The position numbers were made by a program, and so were the translations under genes. Source: Nitrospira sp. (GTDB lineage Bacteria > Nitrospirota > Thermodesulfovibrionia > Thermodesulfovibrionales > SM23-35). From it: 64,000 nt of DNA. Position 1 is the first letter of the stretch. Each line of letters opens with the position of its first letter. The DNA is taken from contig VGWX01000001.1 in NCBI GenBank assembly GCA_016873615.1, positions 53,734 to 117,733 on the forward strand. Direction: 5' to 3'. This document shows, piece by piece, positions 17,013-25,837 of the stretch. The notes under the pieces are model-generated. The model saw only the letters and a list, made by a program, of their open reading frames with translations, did no database searches and was not told where the DNA came from.

Positions 17013-18608
17013 TTGATAATCCTCATTTACCCTCCGGTTGCAAAGCCATGCGAACCGCCTGCAGGCATTGCGAGGCTTTCGGCCATACTTCGGATAAGCG
17101 GAGTTGATCACCAACTCCTTGATGCGAATATAGAGGGTCTCCTTTATCTGCTCAGGGGGCCTGTCACCCCTGAAAAAGCGCGTGATGCGTGGACGAGGAG
17201 GGCATTCCGCAATCGTGACCGCAACCTTTCTTCCATGAGAGACCCCTTTTTATACCGGCATATCGACCGTTACAAGAGGGCAGTCAGGGATACAGGCAGG
17301 GCCCTTGCTAAAATTTCCCGGTCTGACACCGCAGTGGGGCTGGTGAATTACGAACATGACGGGCTTTCTCCCTTAAGGAGCAGCGACCTTCTGGCTGCTG
17401 CAGAACGACCTGAACTGAACCCCTTTTATACGTATTTCCGGTCGAGGATTGAAGGACTTTTCCGCGAGAAAAAGCCATCGGTGGCAGGCATCTCCCTCAA
17501 CTATCTGAGCCAGGCATTGTCTGCCTTTTCGATGATCGGTTTCATACGGCATGAATTTCCGGGGATAAAAGTAATTTTGGGAGGAGGGCTTATTACATCA
17601 TGGTTAAAAAGTCCCTTCTGGAAAAATCCCTTCTCCGGACTTGCAGATGAGCTTGTAGCAGGGCCTGGCGAGTATCATCTCCTGTCGCTCCTTGGGATTG
17701 ATACTGCTGAAAAAGAAATGCCGATGCCGGATTATTATGATCTGCCGTGTGACAGTTACTTTTCACCCGGTTTTATCCTGCCCTATAGCGCTTCTGCAGG
17801 ATGTTACTGGAACAGGTGCGCTTTCTGTCCTGAGAATGCAGAAGGCAATCCTTATGTTCCTATCCCGGCGCAGAAGGTTATTTCAAACCTAAAGACCCTT
17901 ACGGAAAAGACCAATCCCGTGCTTATCCACCTTCTCGACAATGCTGTAAGTCCGGCTCTTCTCAATGCGCTTGCCGGCGAAAACTTAAGTGTTCCGTGGT
18001 ACGGATTCGCGCGCATCGGCCCCCATCTGACTGATCCTGATTTCTGCATGTCTCTCAAACAGGCCGGATGTGTAATGCTGAAACTTGGCATTGAATCAGG
18101 GGATCAGGAAGTGCTCGATGCACTCCGGAAAGGGATCACTGTTGAAACAGCTTCTGCTGTCCTGAAGAACCTGAAAAAAGCAGGAATAGCTGCCTATGTC
18201 TACCTCATCTTCGGGACACCGGTGGAGACTGAGAGAGCTGCTAAGAAGACCCTTGAATTCATTGTTAAGAACAGCAACAGCATAGACTTCCTGAATCTCG
18301 CTATATTTAATATGCCCGTCTGTGGGGTAAACAATCCGGGACTCGAGACGAGAGGATTCTATGAAGGAGACCTTTCCCTTTACACTAACTTTACCCACCC
18401 ATATGGATGGGACAGAAAGCATGTACGGTTGTTCCTCGAAAATGAATTCAAACGACACCCTGCAGTTTCGGCAATCCTCAAAAACGAACCTCCGGTATTT
18501 ACCTCAAACCATGCACCGTTCTTTGTGATGGGACGTTCGGGAGATAGAAAAAAGCAAAAATCGTATTCTTATAACGCCAACGCCTCTTCACATTTAAAAA
18601 AATGTTGA
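17013..18608 (+). CDS. B12-binding-domain radical SAM protein
   Basis: 531 aa. The N-terminal LIYPPVAKPCEPPAGIARLSA is a cobalamin-binding-like domain, followed by the cluster motif AGCYWNRCAFCPE. It has a TTG start. Confidence 0.75.
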   Translation: MIILIYPPVAKPCEPPAGIARLSAILRISGVDHQLLDANIEGLLYLLRGPVTPEKARDAWTRRAFRNRDRNLSSMRDPFLYRHIDRYKRAVRDTGRALAKISRSDTAVGLVNYEHDGLSPLRSSDLLAAAERPELNPFYTYFRSRIEGLFREKKPSVAGISLNYLSQALSAFSMIGFIRHEFPGIKVILGGGLITSWLKSPFWKNPFSGLADELVAGPGEYHLLSLLGIDTAEKEMPMPDYYDLPCDSYFSPGFILPYSASAGCYWNRCAFCPENAEGNPYVPIPAQKVISNLKTLTEKTNPVLIHLLDNAVSPALLNALAGENLSVPWYGFARIGPHLTDPDFCMSLKQAGCVMLKLGIESGDQEVLDALRKGITVETASAVLKNLKKAGIAAYVYLIFGTPVETERAAKKTLEFIVKNSNSIDFLNLAIFNMPVCGVNNPGLETRGFYEGDLSLYTNFTHPYGWDRKHVRLFLENEFKRHPAVSAILKNEPPVFTSNHAPFFVMGRSGDRKKQKSYSYNANASSHLKKC

Positions 18609-18650
18609 CGAAACAATTTTGAAAAGCTAAAAAATTAGAGGTATAATATT

Positions 18651-18953
18651 GTGAAAATTATGCAAAGAAGAGACGATAACCAGATCAAACAGGATTTCAG
18701 ATTGCGCCAAAACCTTCAGTATCTTGCCATATCTTTAACGCTGTTGTTTCTTTTATTTCTTGTCTTGCTTTATAAACGTCCTGATCTCTTCGGAGAGTTT
18801 TCAAAGAGTAGTATCTTTTCAGCGCAGGTTTTACTCATTGCAGCCTTTATCGTGTTCAGCGTCTTCAACTGGAGATGCCCTTCATGCAATAAATATATCG
18901 GCAATGATATAAACAGACGCATATGCAAAAACTGCGGGACAAGATTGAGATAA
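18651..18953 (+). CDS. small membrane protein with C-terminal zinc ribbon
   Basis: 100 aa with two predicted TM helices, then CPSCNKY...CKNCGTRL. Confidence 0.45.
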   Translation: MKIMQRRDDNQIKQDFRLRQNLQYLAISLTLLFLLFLVLLYKRPDLFGEFSKSSIFSAQVLLIAAFIVFSVFNWRCPSCNKYIGNDINRRICKNCGTRLR

Positions 18954-19363
18954 AGGAACGATTATCCGGCAAGCAGACAACAAATAAAATTCAGAAAACT
19001 TCCTCCATTATCATTTTTGGTTCTTTCGTATGAGGTTCCAAAATCTTTTCGATTGCTGAAAAACATAGTGTATCTGCTGTTTTGTGACTGTCAATTGACA
19101 GCAAGGAATCAATCAGGGGCATATGAAAGAATATGATGCATGATCTTACTTCGGCTTATTGATAAATAAATTCAAAGCGTACCGTAATTGCCGCAATATA
19201 TCATTATTAATCATTATTAATCATTCTTGACTCCTGATGATTGCCTATATAACATTATAGTTCAGTCGATGCCTGAAGTCAGGCCAAATATGGCATAGTA
19301 TGGCATAGTGACAGATTGACTTTGTTTTTGGGTTTAATTGCGTCCATCAGTTAAAATATCTGC

Positions 19364-21235
19364 ATGATACAGGTCAGTAACCTTTACAAGGCATACGGCA
19401 CTCAGGTCATATTCGATGACATCGGGTTTACGGTCAACGCAGGAGAACGTATCGGGCTTGTGGGCAGGAACGGCCATGGCAAGACGACTCTCCTCAGGAT
19501 GATAACCGGTGAGGAAAGACCTGATGAAGGCGTTATCAGTATTCCCAATAATTACACGGTCGGCTATCTCTCACAGCACCTTGCGTTCAGCGAAGATTCA
19601 GTGCTAAGAGAAACCTGTCTCGGTCTTAAAACCCCTGATGACGGCAGGGATGAATCCTATAAGGCAGAGACGATCCTGATGGGCCTCGGGTTTTCGATGG
19701 AGGATCTTTTACGCCATCCCCTTGACCTATCCGGAGGCTTCCAGGTCCGTTTGAATCTTGCAAAACTGCTCGTCTCTGAACCAGACCTGCTTTTACTTGA
19801 CGAGCCTACCAACTACCTTGACATCGTCTCGATACGATGGCTCACAAGGTTCCTTAAGGGCTGGAGGGGGGAGCTTATCCTGATCACCCATGACAGGGAG
19901 TTTATGGACAGCGTAACCACCCATACCATGGGTATACACCGTAACAAGATACGGAAGATAGAGGGCCCCACCCATAAGCTATACCAGCAGATACTCATGG
20001 AAGAGGAAGTCTACGAACAGACGAGGATAAATGAAGACAAGAAACGAAAGGAAACAGAGCAGTTCATAAACAGGTTCAGGGCCCAGGCAACCCGGGCGCG
20101 GGCAGTTCAGTCAAAGATAAAGGCCCTCCAGAAAAGAGAGAAACTTGAAAAGATGTCCGGGATAAAAGACCTTGAATTCGAATTTATCCAATCACCATTT
20201 ACAGGAAAATGGCTGATCGAGGCAAAAGATATCTCCTTTTCGTTTGAGCCGGAAGGTCCCCGGCTTATAGACGGTCTGAATCTGACCCTCGGCAAAAAGG
20301 ACAGGATTGCTGTCATCGGGAAAAACGGGAAAGGCAAGACAACTCTGCTGAACCTGCTGGCCGCTGAATTGCAACCACTCAATGGTTCAGTGGCCCACCA
20401 TGTGCACTTAAAACTTGCCTATTTCGGCCAGACAAATATCCAGCGGCTCACTGCTGAAAATACAGTCGAAAAAGAGATACTGGATTCACTCCCGGATTAC
20501 AACAGAAACGCTGCACGGAACATCTGCGGCATCATGATGTTCGAAGGTGATACTGCGCTTAAAAAAATAAAAGTGCTTTCCGGAGGGGAGAAAAGCAGGG
20601 TGCTTTTAGGCAAACTTATTGTCAGCCCTGCCAATCTGTTATTGCTGGACGAGCCCACCAACCACCTTGATATGGAATCAGTGGACTCTCTGCTTGCGGC
20701 TATAGACGCATTTTCAGGCGCTGTTGTAATCGTAACGCACAGCGAAATGATTCTGAATGCAGTTGCCACACGGCTTATTGTTTTCGATGACGACAGCGTA
20801 AAGGTTTTTGAGGGCACATACCAGGACTTTCTCGAAAGAACAGGCTGGAAAGACGAGACTGAGTCTACAGTCCGCAGCAGGCAGAATTCAGGACAAAAGG
20901 GAAACGCTACAAACAAGAAAGATTTAAGGAGGATTAAGGCTGAATTAATCAACAGCCGCTCCAGAACTCTCGTGCCGATTCAGTCGAGGATACTTGAAAT
21001 GGAAGAGACCATCACCCGGCTTGAACAGGGCATCGAGCAGGATACAAAAGCGCTCATTAAGGCTTCTGTGAAAGGGCACGGAGAATCGATCAGGCAGCTT
21101 TCTGTCTCGATTCATGAGTCAAGACAAAAAATCGACATCCTCTTTGACGAGCTTGAAACTCTCACCGATGAGCTTGGTGTAAAATCAAGGGAGTTTGAGG
21201 AAAGGTTTGAGGCGCTGAAAACAGCAGGCGGTTAG
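19364..21235 (+). CDS. ABC-F family ATPase (translation-factor type, no TM domain)
   Basis: 623 aa. It has two Walker A motifs (GRNGHGKTT, GKNGKGKTT), two signature motifs (LSGGFQ, LSGGEK) and a C-terminal coiled-coil tail. Confidence 0.9.
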   Translation: MIQVSNLYKAYGTQVIFDDIGFTVNAGERIGLVGRNGHGKTTLLRMITGEERPDEGVISIPNNYTVGYLSQHLAFSEDSVLRETCLGLKTPDDGRDESYKAETILMGLGFSMEDLLRHPLDLSGGFQVRLNLAKLLVSEPDLLLLDEPTNYLDIVSIRWLTRFLKGWRGELILITHDREFMDSVTTHTMGIHRNKIRKIEGPTHKLYQQILMEEEVYEQTRINEDKKRKETEQFINRFRAQATRARAVQSKIKALQKREKLEKMSGIKDLEFEFIQSPFTGKWLIEAKDISFSFEPEGPRLIDGLNLTLGKKDRIAVIGKNGKGKTTLLNLLAAELQPLNGSVAHHVHLKLAYFGQTNIQRLTAENTVEKEILDSLPDYNRNAARNICGIMMFEGDTALKKIKVLSGGEKSRVLLGKLIVSPANLLLLDEPTNHLDMESVDSLLAAIDAFSGAVVIVTHSEMILNAVATRLIVFDDDSVKVFEGTYQDFLERTGWKDETESTVRSRQNSGQKGNATNKKDLRRIKAELINSRSRTLVPIQSRILEMEETITRLEQGIEQDTKALIKASVKGHGESIRQLSVSIHESRQKIDILFDELETLTDELGVKSREFEERFEALKTAGG

Positions 21236-21275
21236 CATATCACGGCTGTAAAGAAATGTAAAAAGGGAGGTTGTT

Positions 21276-22664
21276 GTGGAACGAATCCTTATAAAAGATA
21301 TTCTTTCCGATGCGTATCTCGGAAAACCGGTTACTGTATGCGGATGGGTAAGGTCGAAGCGGGAGTCAAAGGGGTTTGCCTTCCTTGTTTTGAGCGATGG
21401 CTCCACACAGGAAACGCTTCAGCTTGTCATAAACAGCGGAGCTCCCGGGTTTCAACAGCTTCTTCACTGTAATACCGGAGCTGCCATCCTGGCAAAAGGC
21501 ATACTCAAAGAATCTCCTGCAAAGGGCCAGAAGTTTGAAATGGAAGTTTCCGAGCTGGAGGTCTTTGGCGAGGCAGATCCTGAAAAATATCCATTGCAAA
21601 AGAAGGGGCATACCCTCGAATTCCTCAGAGAGATTGCTCATCTCAGGCCAAGGACAAATACCTTCGGTGCAGTATTCAGGCTGCGCAATATACTTGCCTC
21701 TGCAGTCCATGAGTTTTTCCAGGACAGGGGATTTGTCTGGGTACATACTCCTGTTATCACATCCAGCGACTGTGAAGGCGCAGGAGAATTGTTTTCAGTG
21801 ACTTCATTTGATCTTGAAAACCCTCCGGGCAAAGACGATGGAGGGATAGATTTTTCTCAGGACTTCTTCGGCAGACGAGCTTTCCTGACCGTAAGCGGTC
21901 AGCTTGAGGCAGAGTTTCTGGCGATGTCACTCGGCAATGTCTATACCTTCGGTCCGACGTTCAGGGCTGAGAACTCCAACACAACACGCCATCTCTCAGA
22001 GTTCTGGATGATCGAACCGGAAATGGCCTTTGCTGACCTGAAAGACGATATGAGACTGGCAGAGGATTTTTTCCGCTTTCTATGCAGGAAGGCGCTTGAA
22101 AAAGGGGAAAAGGAACTTTCTTTCCTTGAAAACCACTACAAGAGGATTTCACCCGAAGAATTAAGAAAGCTTGCAGACACTTCCTTCGTCCATATGTCTT
22201 ACACAGACGCGATAAAAGAATTGCAGGGCGCAAAAGAGAGATTTGAATTTCCAGTCGAATGGGGCTCTGATTTACAGTCTGAACATGAGCGGTATCTAAC
22301 AGACAAAGTCATCAAAGGACCCGTCATAGTGTTTGACTATCCCAAAGACATCAAGGCATTTTACATGAGACTGAATGATGATGGCAGGACAGTTGCTGCA
22401 ATGGACATGCTGGTTCCGAAGATCGGAGAAATCATCGGCGGAAGCCAGCGTGAAGAGAGGCTGAGTGTTCTCGAAGAGAGGTTAAGGCATTCGGGGATTC
22501 CGGTCGAACACCTTCAGTGGTACCTTGACCTGCGCAGGTTTGGTTCAGCGCCTCACGCAGGATTCGGACTCGGCTTTGAAAGGCTGGTGCAATACATTAC
22601 CGGAATGGTCAATATTCGCGATGTAATCCCATGCCCGAGAGCGCCCAGGGAAATCGGTTTCTGA
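21276..22664 (+). CDS. asnS: asparagine--tRNA ligase
   Basis: 462 aa, class II motifs FRAENSNTTRHLSEFWMIEPE and GSAPHAGFGLGFERL. GTG start preceded by GGGAGG. Confidence 0.9.
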   Translation: MERILIKDILSDAYLGKPVTVCGWVRSKRESKGFAFLVLSDGSTQETLQLVINSGAPGFQQLLHCNTGAAILAKGILKESPAKGQKFEMEVSELEVFGEADPEKYPLQKKGHTLEFLREIAHLRPRTNTFGAVFRLRNILASAVHEFFQDRGFVWVHTPVITSSDCEGAGELFSVTSFDLENPPGKDDGGIDFSQDFFGRRAFLTVSGQLEAEFLAMSLGNVYTFGPTFRAENSNTTRHLSEFWMIEPEMAFADLKDDMRLAEDFFRFLCRKALEKGEKELSFLENHYKRISPEELRKLADTSFVHMSYTDAIKELQGAKERFEFPVEWGSDLQSEHERYLTDKVIKGPVIVFDYPKDIKAFYMRLNDDGRTVAAMDMLVPKIGEIIGGSQREERLSVLEERLRHSGIPVEHLQWYLDLRRFGSAPHAGFGLGFERLVQYITGMVNIRDVIPCPRAPREIGF

Positions 22665-22711
22665 AGCCTCGCAGGGAGGAACGACTGAGAATGAGCGAGA
22701 ATACTCTGTCC
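22664..22711. repeat. half-copy of the 35767-35882 MITE-like element
   Basis: aagcctcgcagggaggaacgacTgagaatgagcg... matches 35833-35880 (22 identical nt, then near-identical). Confidence 0.6.
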
Positions 22712-22746
22712 TTAGTTCAATCAGAAAAGTTTGTGACTAATCTGGG

Positions 22747-23316
22747 CTAAAGCCATTTTACCTGAGGGTCTCTCTTCGGTGGGCGTTCAGGATAACCCTT
22801 TGGATAACCGATGAGGATAGGGCCGAATATCCTTTCATCCTCCACTAATTCAAGCAAGCCTCTTACCTCAGCATCCTCAGTTACCATAGCCCCGAAACCA
22901 ACCCAACAGCTTCCCAGTCCCAATGAATGGGCAGCAAGCATCATATTCTCACAGGCCAAAGGACATGAATGATCCGCATACCGTCCGGAACCAATAACAA
23001 AGATAACTGCAGGAGCAGAATAGTAAACAGGATCCTTTAACTCTCTATAGAGTTTTTCTATCATCTGGTATCTTCCTGGATCAGCATCTTTAACAATTTC
23101 CAAAATCTTCTTTGCATTCGGCAGCGCAGCGCCGAGGAGCTTTTCTTTGATCTTCTTATCTTCGACAACGACAAACCTCCACGGCTGGCTGTTCATTGCA
23201 GATGGCGCTTCATTCCCAGCCTCTATTATCATGTTGATGATATCCCTTGGAATGGTCTTTGACTCATAAGATCTCACTGACCGTCTCTTCCTGATTGCCT
23301 CAATCACTGCGTTCAT
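22747..23316 (-). CDS. nitroreductase-family oxidoreductase
   Basis: 189 aa. RRSVRSY near the N-terminus and the SCWVG region are typical of the NfnB/nitroreductase fold. Confidence 0.85.
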   Translation of the reverse strand: MNAVIEAIRKRRSVRSYESKTIPRDIINMIIEAGNEAPSAMNSQPWRFVVVEDKKIKEKLLGAALPNAKKILEIVKDADPGRYQMIEKLYRELKDPVYYSAPAVIFVIGSGRYADHSCPLACENMMLAAHSLGLGSCWVGFGAMVTEDAEVRGLLELVEDERIFGPILIGYPKGYPERPPKRDPQVKWL

Positions 23317-23376
23317 TTTCCCCTCCTATATGTTTATGTATTATGGGATGTAGAGCCTGCCCATAAAGTCGTATTT

Positions 23377-23430
23377 TGTCATTGTCTGGCTTGACCGGAC
23401 AACCAGTCCCGAAAGCTTTCGGGATTGAAA
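23377..23430. repeat. REP-like element of the GTCATT... family with perfect 18-nt palindrome
   Basis: tgtcattgtctggcttgaccggacaaccag followed by tcccgaaagctttcggga (23407-23424). It is related to the reverse complement of 8266-8296. Confidence 0.55.
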
Positions 23431-23457
23431 ACACTGATCCCCATAAGATAAGTAAAT

Positions 23458-23631
23458 TTATGTTAATTTTTTGATTATATTTTTGGCGAGGTTATTATTG
23501 ATTTCTCTGTGTCTTGGTATTGGCTGCACAGCTTTTGACTTTGGATTTTGATACCAGCCGTGTTTCCCTCCGTGTCTGATAAAGACACACCCAATCTTTT
23601 CAATCTCTCTTATTAAATCTGTTCTTTTCAA
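23458..23631 (-). CDS. hicA: type II toxin HicA (YcfA-like mRNA interferase); not in the ORF track (57 aa)
   Basis: Own translation: (TTG)KRTDLIREIEKIGCVFIRHGGKHGWYQNPKSKAVQPIPRHREINNNLAKNIIKKLT*. The TTG start overlaps the TGA of the upstream antitoxin (TTGA). Confidence 0.7.
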   Translation of the reverse strand: MKRTDLIREIEKIGCVFIRHGGKHGWYQNPKSKAVQPIPRHREINNNLAKNIIKKLT

Positions 23632-23819
23632 GAGACTTGGAGTTCTGCAACTCTACGGACACATGGGATATTGCCGCTCGTAAGTTCCTTGAAAATATCT
23701 TTTAGATTATCTTCAAGTTCTTCAACTGACTCCCCTTGCGTCATGTAATCAGGATACTCTTCCAAATATCCAAGCCACATTTCTTCGTCCTGCCAATAAA
23801 TATATTTTATCTTTTCCAT
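23628..23819 (-). CDS. HicB-like antitoxin (short form)
   Basis: 63 aa. WLGYLEEYPDYMTQGESVEELEDNLKDI matches the HicB N-terminal fold pattern. It is translationally coupled to hicA. Confidence 0.6.
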   Translation of the reverse strand: MEKIKYIYWQDEEMWLGYLEEYPDYMTQGESVEELEDNLKDIFKELTSGNIPCVRRVAELQVS

Positions 23820-23935
23820 ATATAAATTATATTCTCCAAAAGAAAAAACTTCAAATCATCTATTCATATTTTTTGACTTAACGACAGAGCTCCCAGGTGC
23901 GGCGTTTGTCATGCCGCATCCTGTGGAGTGACAGG

Positions 23936-24145
23936 TTATGCGATTTTTTTCTGCCTCTTGATAATTTCAGTCAATGATCTTAATGCTTTGTTTACAGAGT
24001 CATGATCAGGGAAGTATTTTGCAACATCGGGTTCAATGACTACAACATTTGTTCCTTCTGCATACCTTTTTGCATACTTCCCCCGAATGCCTTTGCTGAA
24101 ATCATATTCTTCCAGCATGTCAGGGTCTTTTCGCATTCTCTTCAT
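23936..24145 (-). CDS. putative antitoxin partner of BrnT
   Basis: 69 aa, or 60 aa if it starts at MLEEYDFSKG (24118), 1 nt after the BrnT stop. The EYDFSKG.RGKYA motif is commonly found downstream of DUF497 toxins. Confidence 0.55.
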   Translation of the reverse strand: MKRMRKDPDMLEEYDFSKGIRGKYAKRYAEGTNVVVIEPDVAKYFPDHDSVNKALRSLTEIIKRQKKIA

Positions 24146-24407
24146 ACTGCTTCCTTTCCTTTTTTGTTGTTTTTCTTGCGCTTATTATTCTGATTTTGTC
24201 CCCTATTTCTATATGAACAATTACCAACAGACGATTCTTGCAGGAATTTCCAATTAGAATTAGTCTGTCTTCTTCCTCAGAATGCAGAGGATCATAAATT
24301 GTCAATGATAAATCATCTTTGAAAGCAGTGCTTGCCTCATCAAAAGAAACACCGTGAATTTTTATGTTCTTCTTTGCTTTGTCTGTATCCCATTTAAATA
24401 AAAGCAT
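24120..24407 (-). CDS. brnT: BrnT-family (DUF497) ribonuclease toxin
   Basis: 95 aa. FKWDTDKAKKNIKIHGVSFDEASTAF...RIISARKTTKKERKQY is the BrnT signature. Confidence 0.8.
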   Translation of the reverse strand: MLLFKWDTDKAKKNIKIHGVSFDEASTAFKDDLSLTIYDPLHSEEEDRLILIGNSCKNRLLVIVHIEIGDKIRIISARKTTKKERKQYEENAKRP

Positions 24408-24611
24408 AACACCTCATCTTGGGATTATTATAGCTTGCGTAAATCGGTTTGACAATAAAGTGTTGGAAAATTATTGATGGGCATAACAACGAGATCAGCA
24501 GGTCCCCCGCTGAAACGACTGGTTGGACAATCATTTTCCTATCCTATGCTCAGTCACTCAGTAAGTTGTCAAAGTTGGCAACGTCCCCTCTCCTATCCCC
24601 TCTAAGGAAAA

Positions 24612-24640
24612 GGAAATAGAATTTTATCTTTTCTATTTCC
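24612..24640 (-). terminator. hairpin with T-rich tail on the minus strand
   Basis: Perfect 10-bp stem ggaaatagaa / ttctatttcc with a 9-nt loop. On the minus strand it is followed by TTTTCCTT. Confidence 0.4.
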
Positions 24641-24840
24641 GATTAGGATCGCTTTTTCTATTGACATTGCGGGGCATTATAAGTGTTAGGTGTAATATTG
24701 TTTTCTTGACTTTCTGGCCTGTGCCAGTGCCTAACCACCATATGTTACCCGTTAGTCTAAGCTTCCCTTACCTATATTGCAGTTTGAACAAAGGGTTCAC
24801 AGAATCTGTTCTTAACTCTGCAGAAACACGTAGAATATCT

Positions 24841-25821
24841 TCAATTACTAATACGGTCATTAGTAAGTACAAAGGGATAAAACAAATATCCTAAAATGCT
24901 TTTTAATGACCAGTCTATCTGAATGCCGAAAAGATTGTTGAGCCGCAACCCTATGCCTGACAGGATAAGGTCTGTCAGCGCAACAATCCCAAGAAATGCG
25001 AGAAGAAGCGCCATTATTCCAATAACCATCTTCACACCTTCATTTGCACCATTAATAATCGCTTCCATCAGTGAAGACTCTTTTTCATAATGCGGTTCCA
25101 TATTAATACCCAGGGTCTCAGGTTTTTCTGTTTCAGGCATGATGATCTTTGATATCACAATAGCTGCAATGGCAGAGAGGATAGATGCAGAAACAAGGTG
25201 GCCTGCTATAGTAGGGAACTGTTTTTACAACAGGAAGACATAGAGGGCCAGGACATTGGAGGCTGTAGTTGACATGCCCGCAGCAAGGATTGTGCAGTAT
25301 TCAGAGCGGGTCATGCTGCTAAGATGTGGGAATATAGTCATGTTTGCCTCAACACCCACAAAGATATTGCTTGATACACTGAGGGATTCTGCACCGCTTA
25401 TTCTCATCAGCTTTGTAAAAACCTTTGAGAAAATTTTTATGAGTCTGGGCATTATTCCGGCATAGTAAAGCACTGCCATAAGACTCGCAAAGAATATAAT
25501 CGTGGGCAAGGCCTGAAATGCGAGGATAAAACCCAAAGATTCTTCACCAGCCTCATTTATAGTTCCTGGCGGAAGGGCGAGCCTGCCAAAAAGGAATCTC
25601 GTTCCGGCAGTTGAGCTCTCAAGCGCTTTAACCACCGCATCGTTTATGAAGAGGAATATCCCTGAACCTGCAGGCACAATAAAAATGAAAAATGCCAGCA
25701 TGAGCTGAAGCAGAGTCCCCCAGATGATAACACGCCAGTTGATTGCCTTTCTGTTTGCAGAAAGCAGCCAGGCAAAGGCCATAAGAAAAAATATACCCGA
25801 AAAACTTATGAGGTTATACAC
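24841..25821 (-). pseudogene. nupC: nupC-type concentrative nucleoside transporter, inactivated (in-frame TAA plus 3' truncation)
   Basis: ORFs 25225-25821 and 24841-25158 are in the same frame. Reading through gives ...[40 protein letters not shown]..., with TAA at 25227-25225. The reading frame then ends at ...GYLFYPFVLTNDRISN*, inside the 21-nt palindrome, where CNT transporters normally continue for roughly 90 more residues. Confidence 0.75.
24845..24865. repeat. 21-nt palindromic element ttactaatAcggtcattagta (copy 2 of 2)
   Basis: Matches 8048-8068 with one mismatch. It supplies the last codons and the stop of the truncated nupC. Confidence 0.7.
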
Positions 25822-25837
25822 ACTGGTTGTCTGCTAT

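Noticed and set aside
19195-19310. Possible mini-CRISPR or other array (tcattattaa x2-3; atggcatagt x2)
   Set aside because: The units are 10 nt, directly abutting with no spacers, and only 2-3 copies are present. I saw no repeat-spacer architecture or cas genes anywhere in the window.
8048-24865. The two copies of the 21-nt palindrome as attL/attR of a 16.8-kb integrated element
   Set aside because: The interval contains core genes (asnS, ABC-F, LOG, nitroreductase) at normal composition, and no integrase or transposase. The repeat is palindromic, so it has no orientation. Dispersed REP-type copies are more likely.
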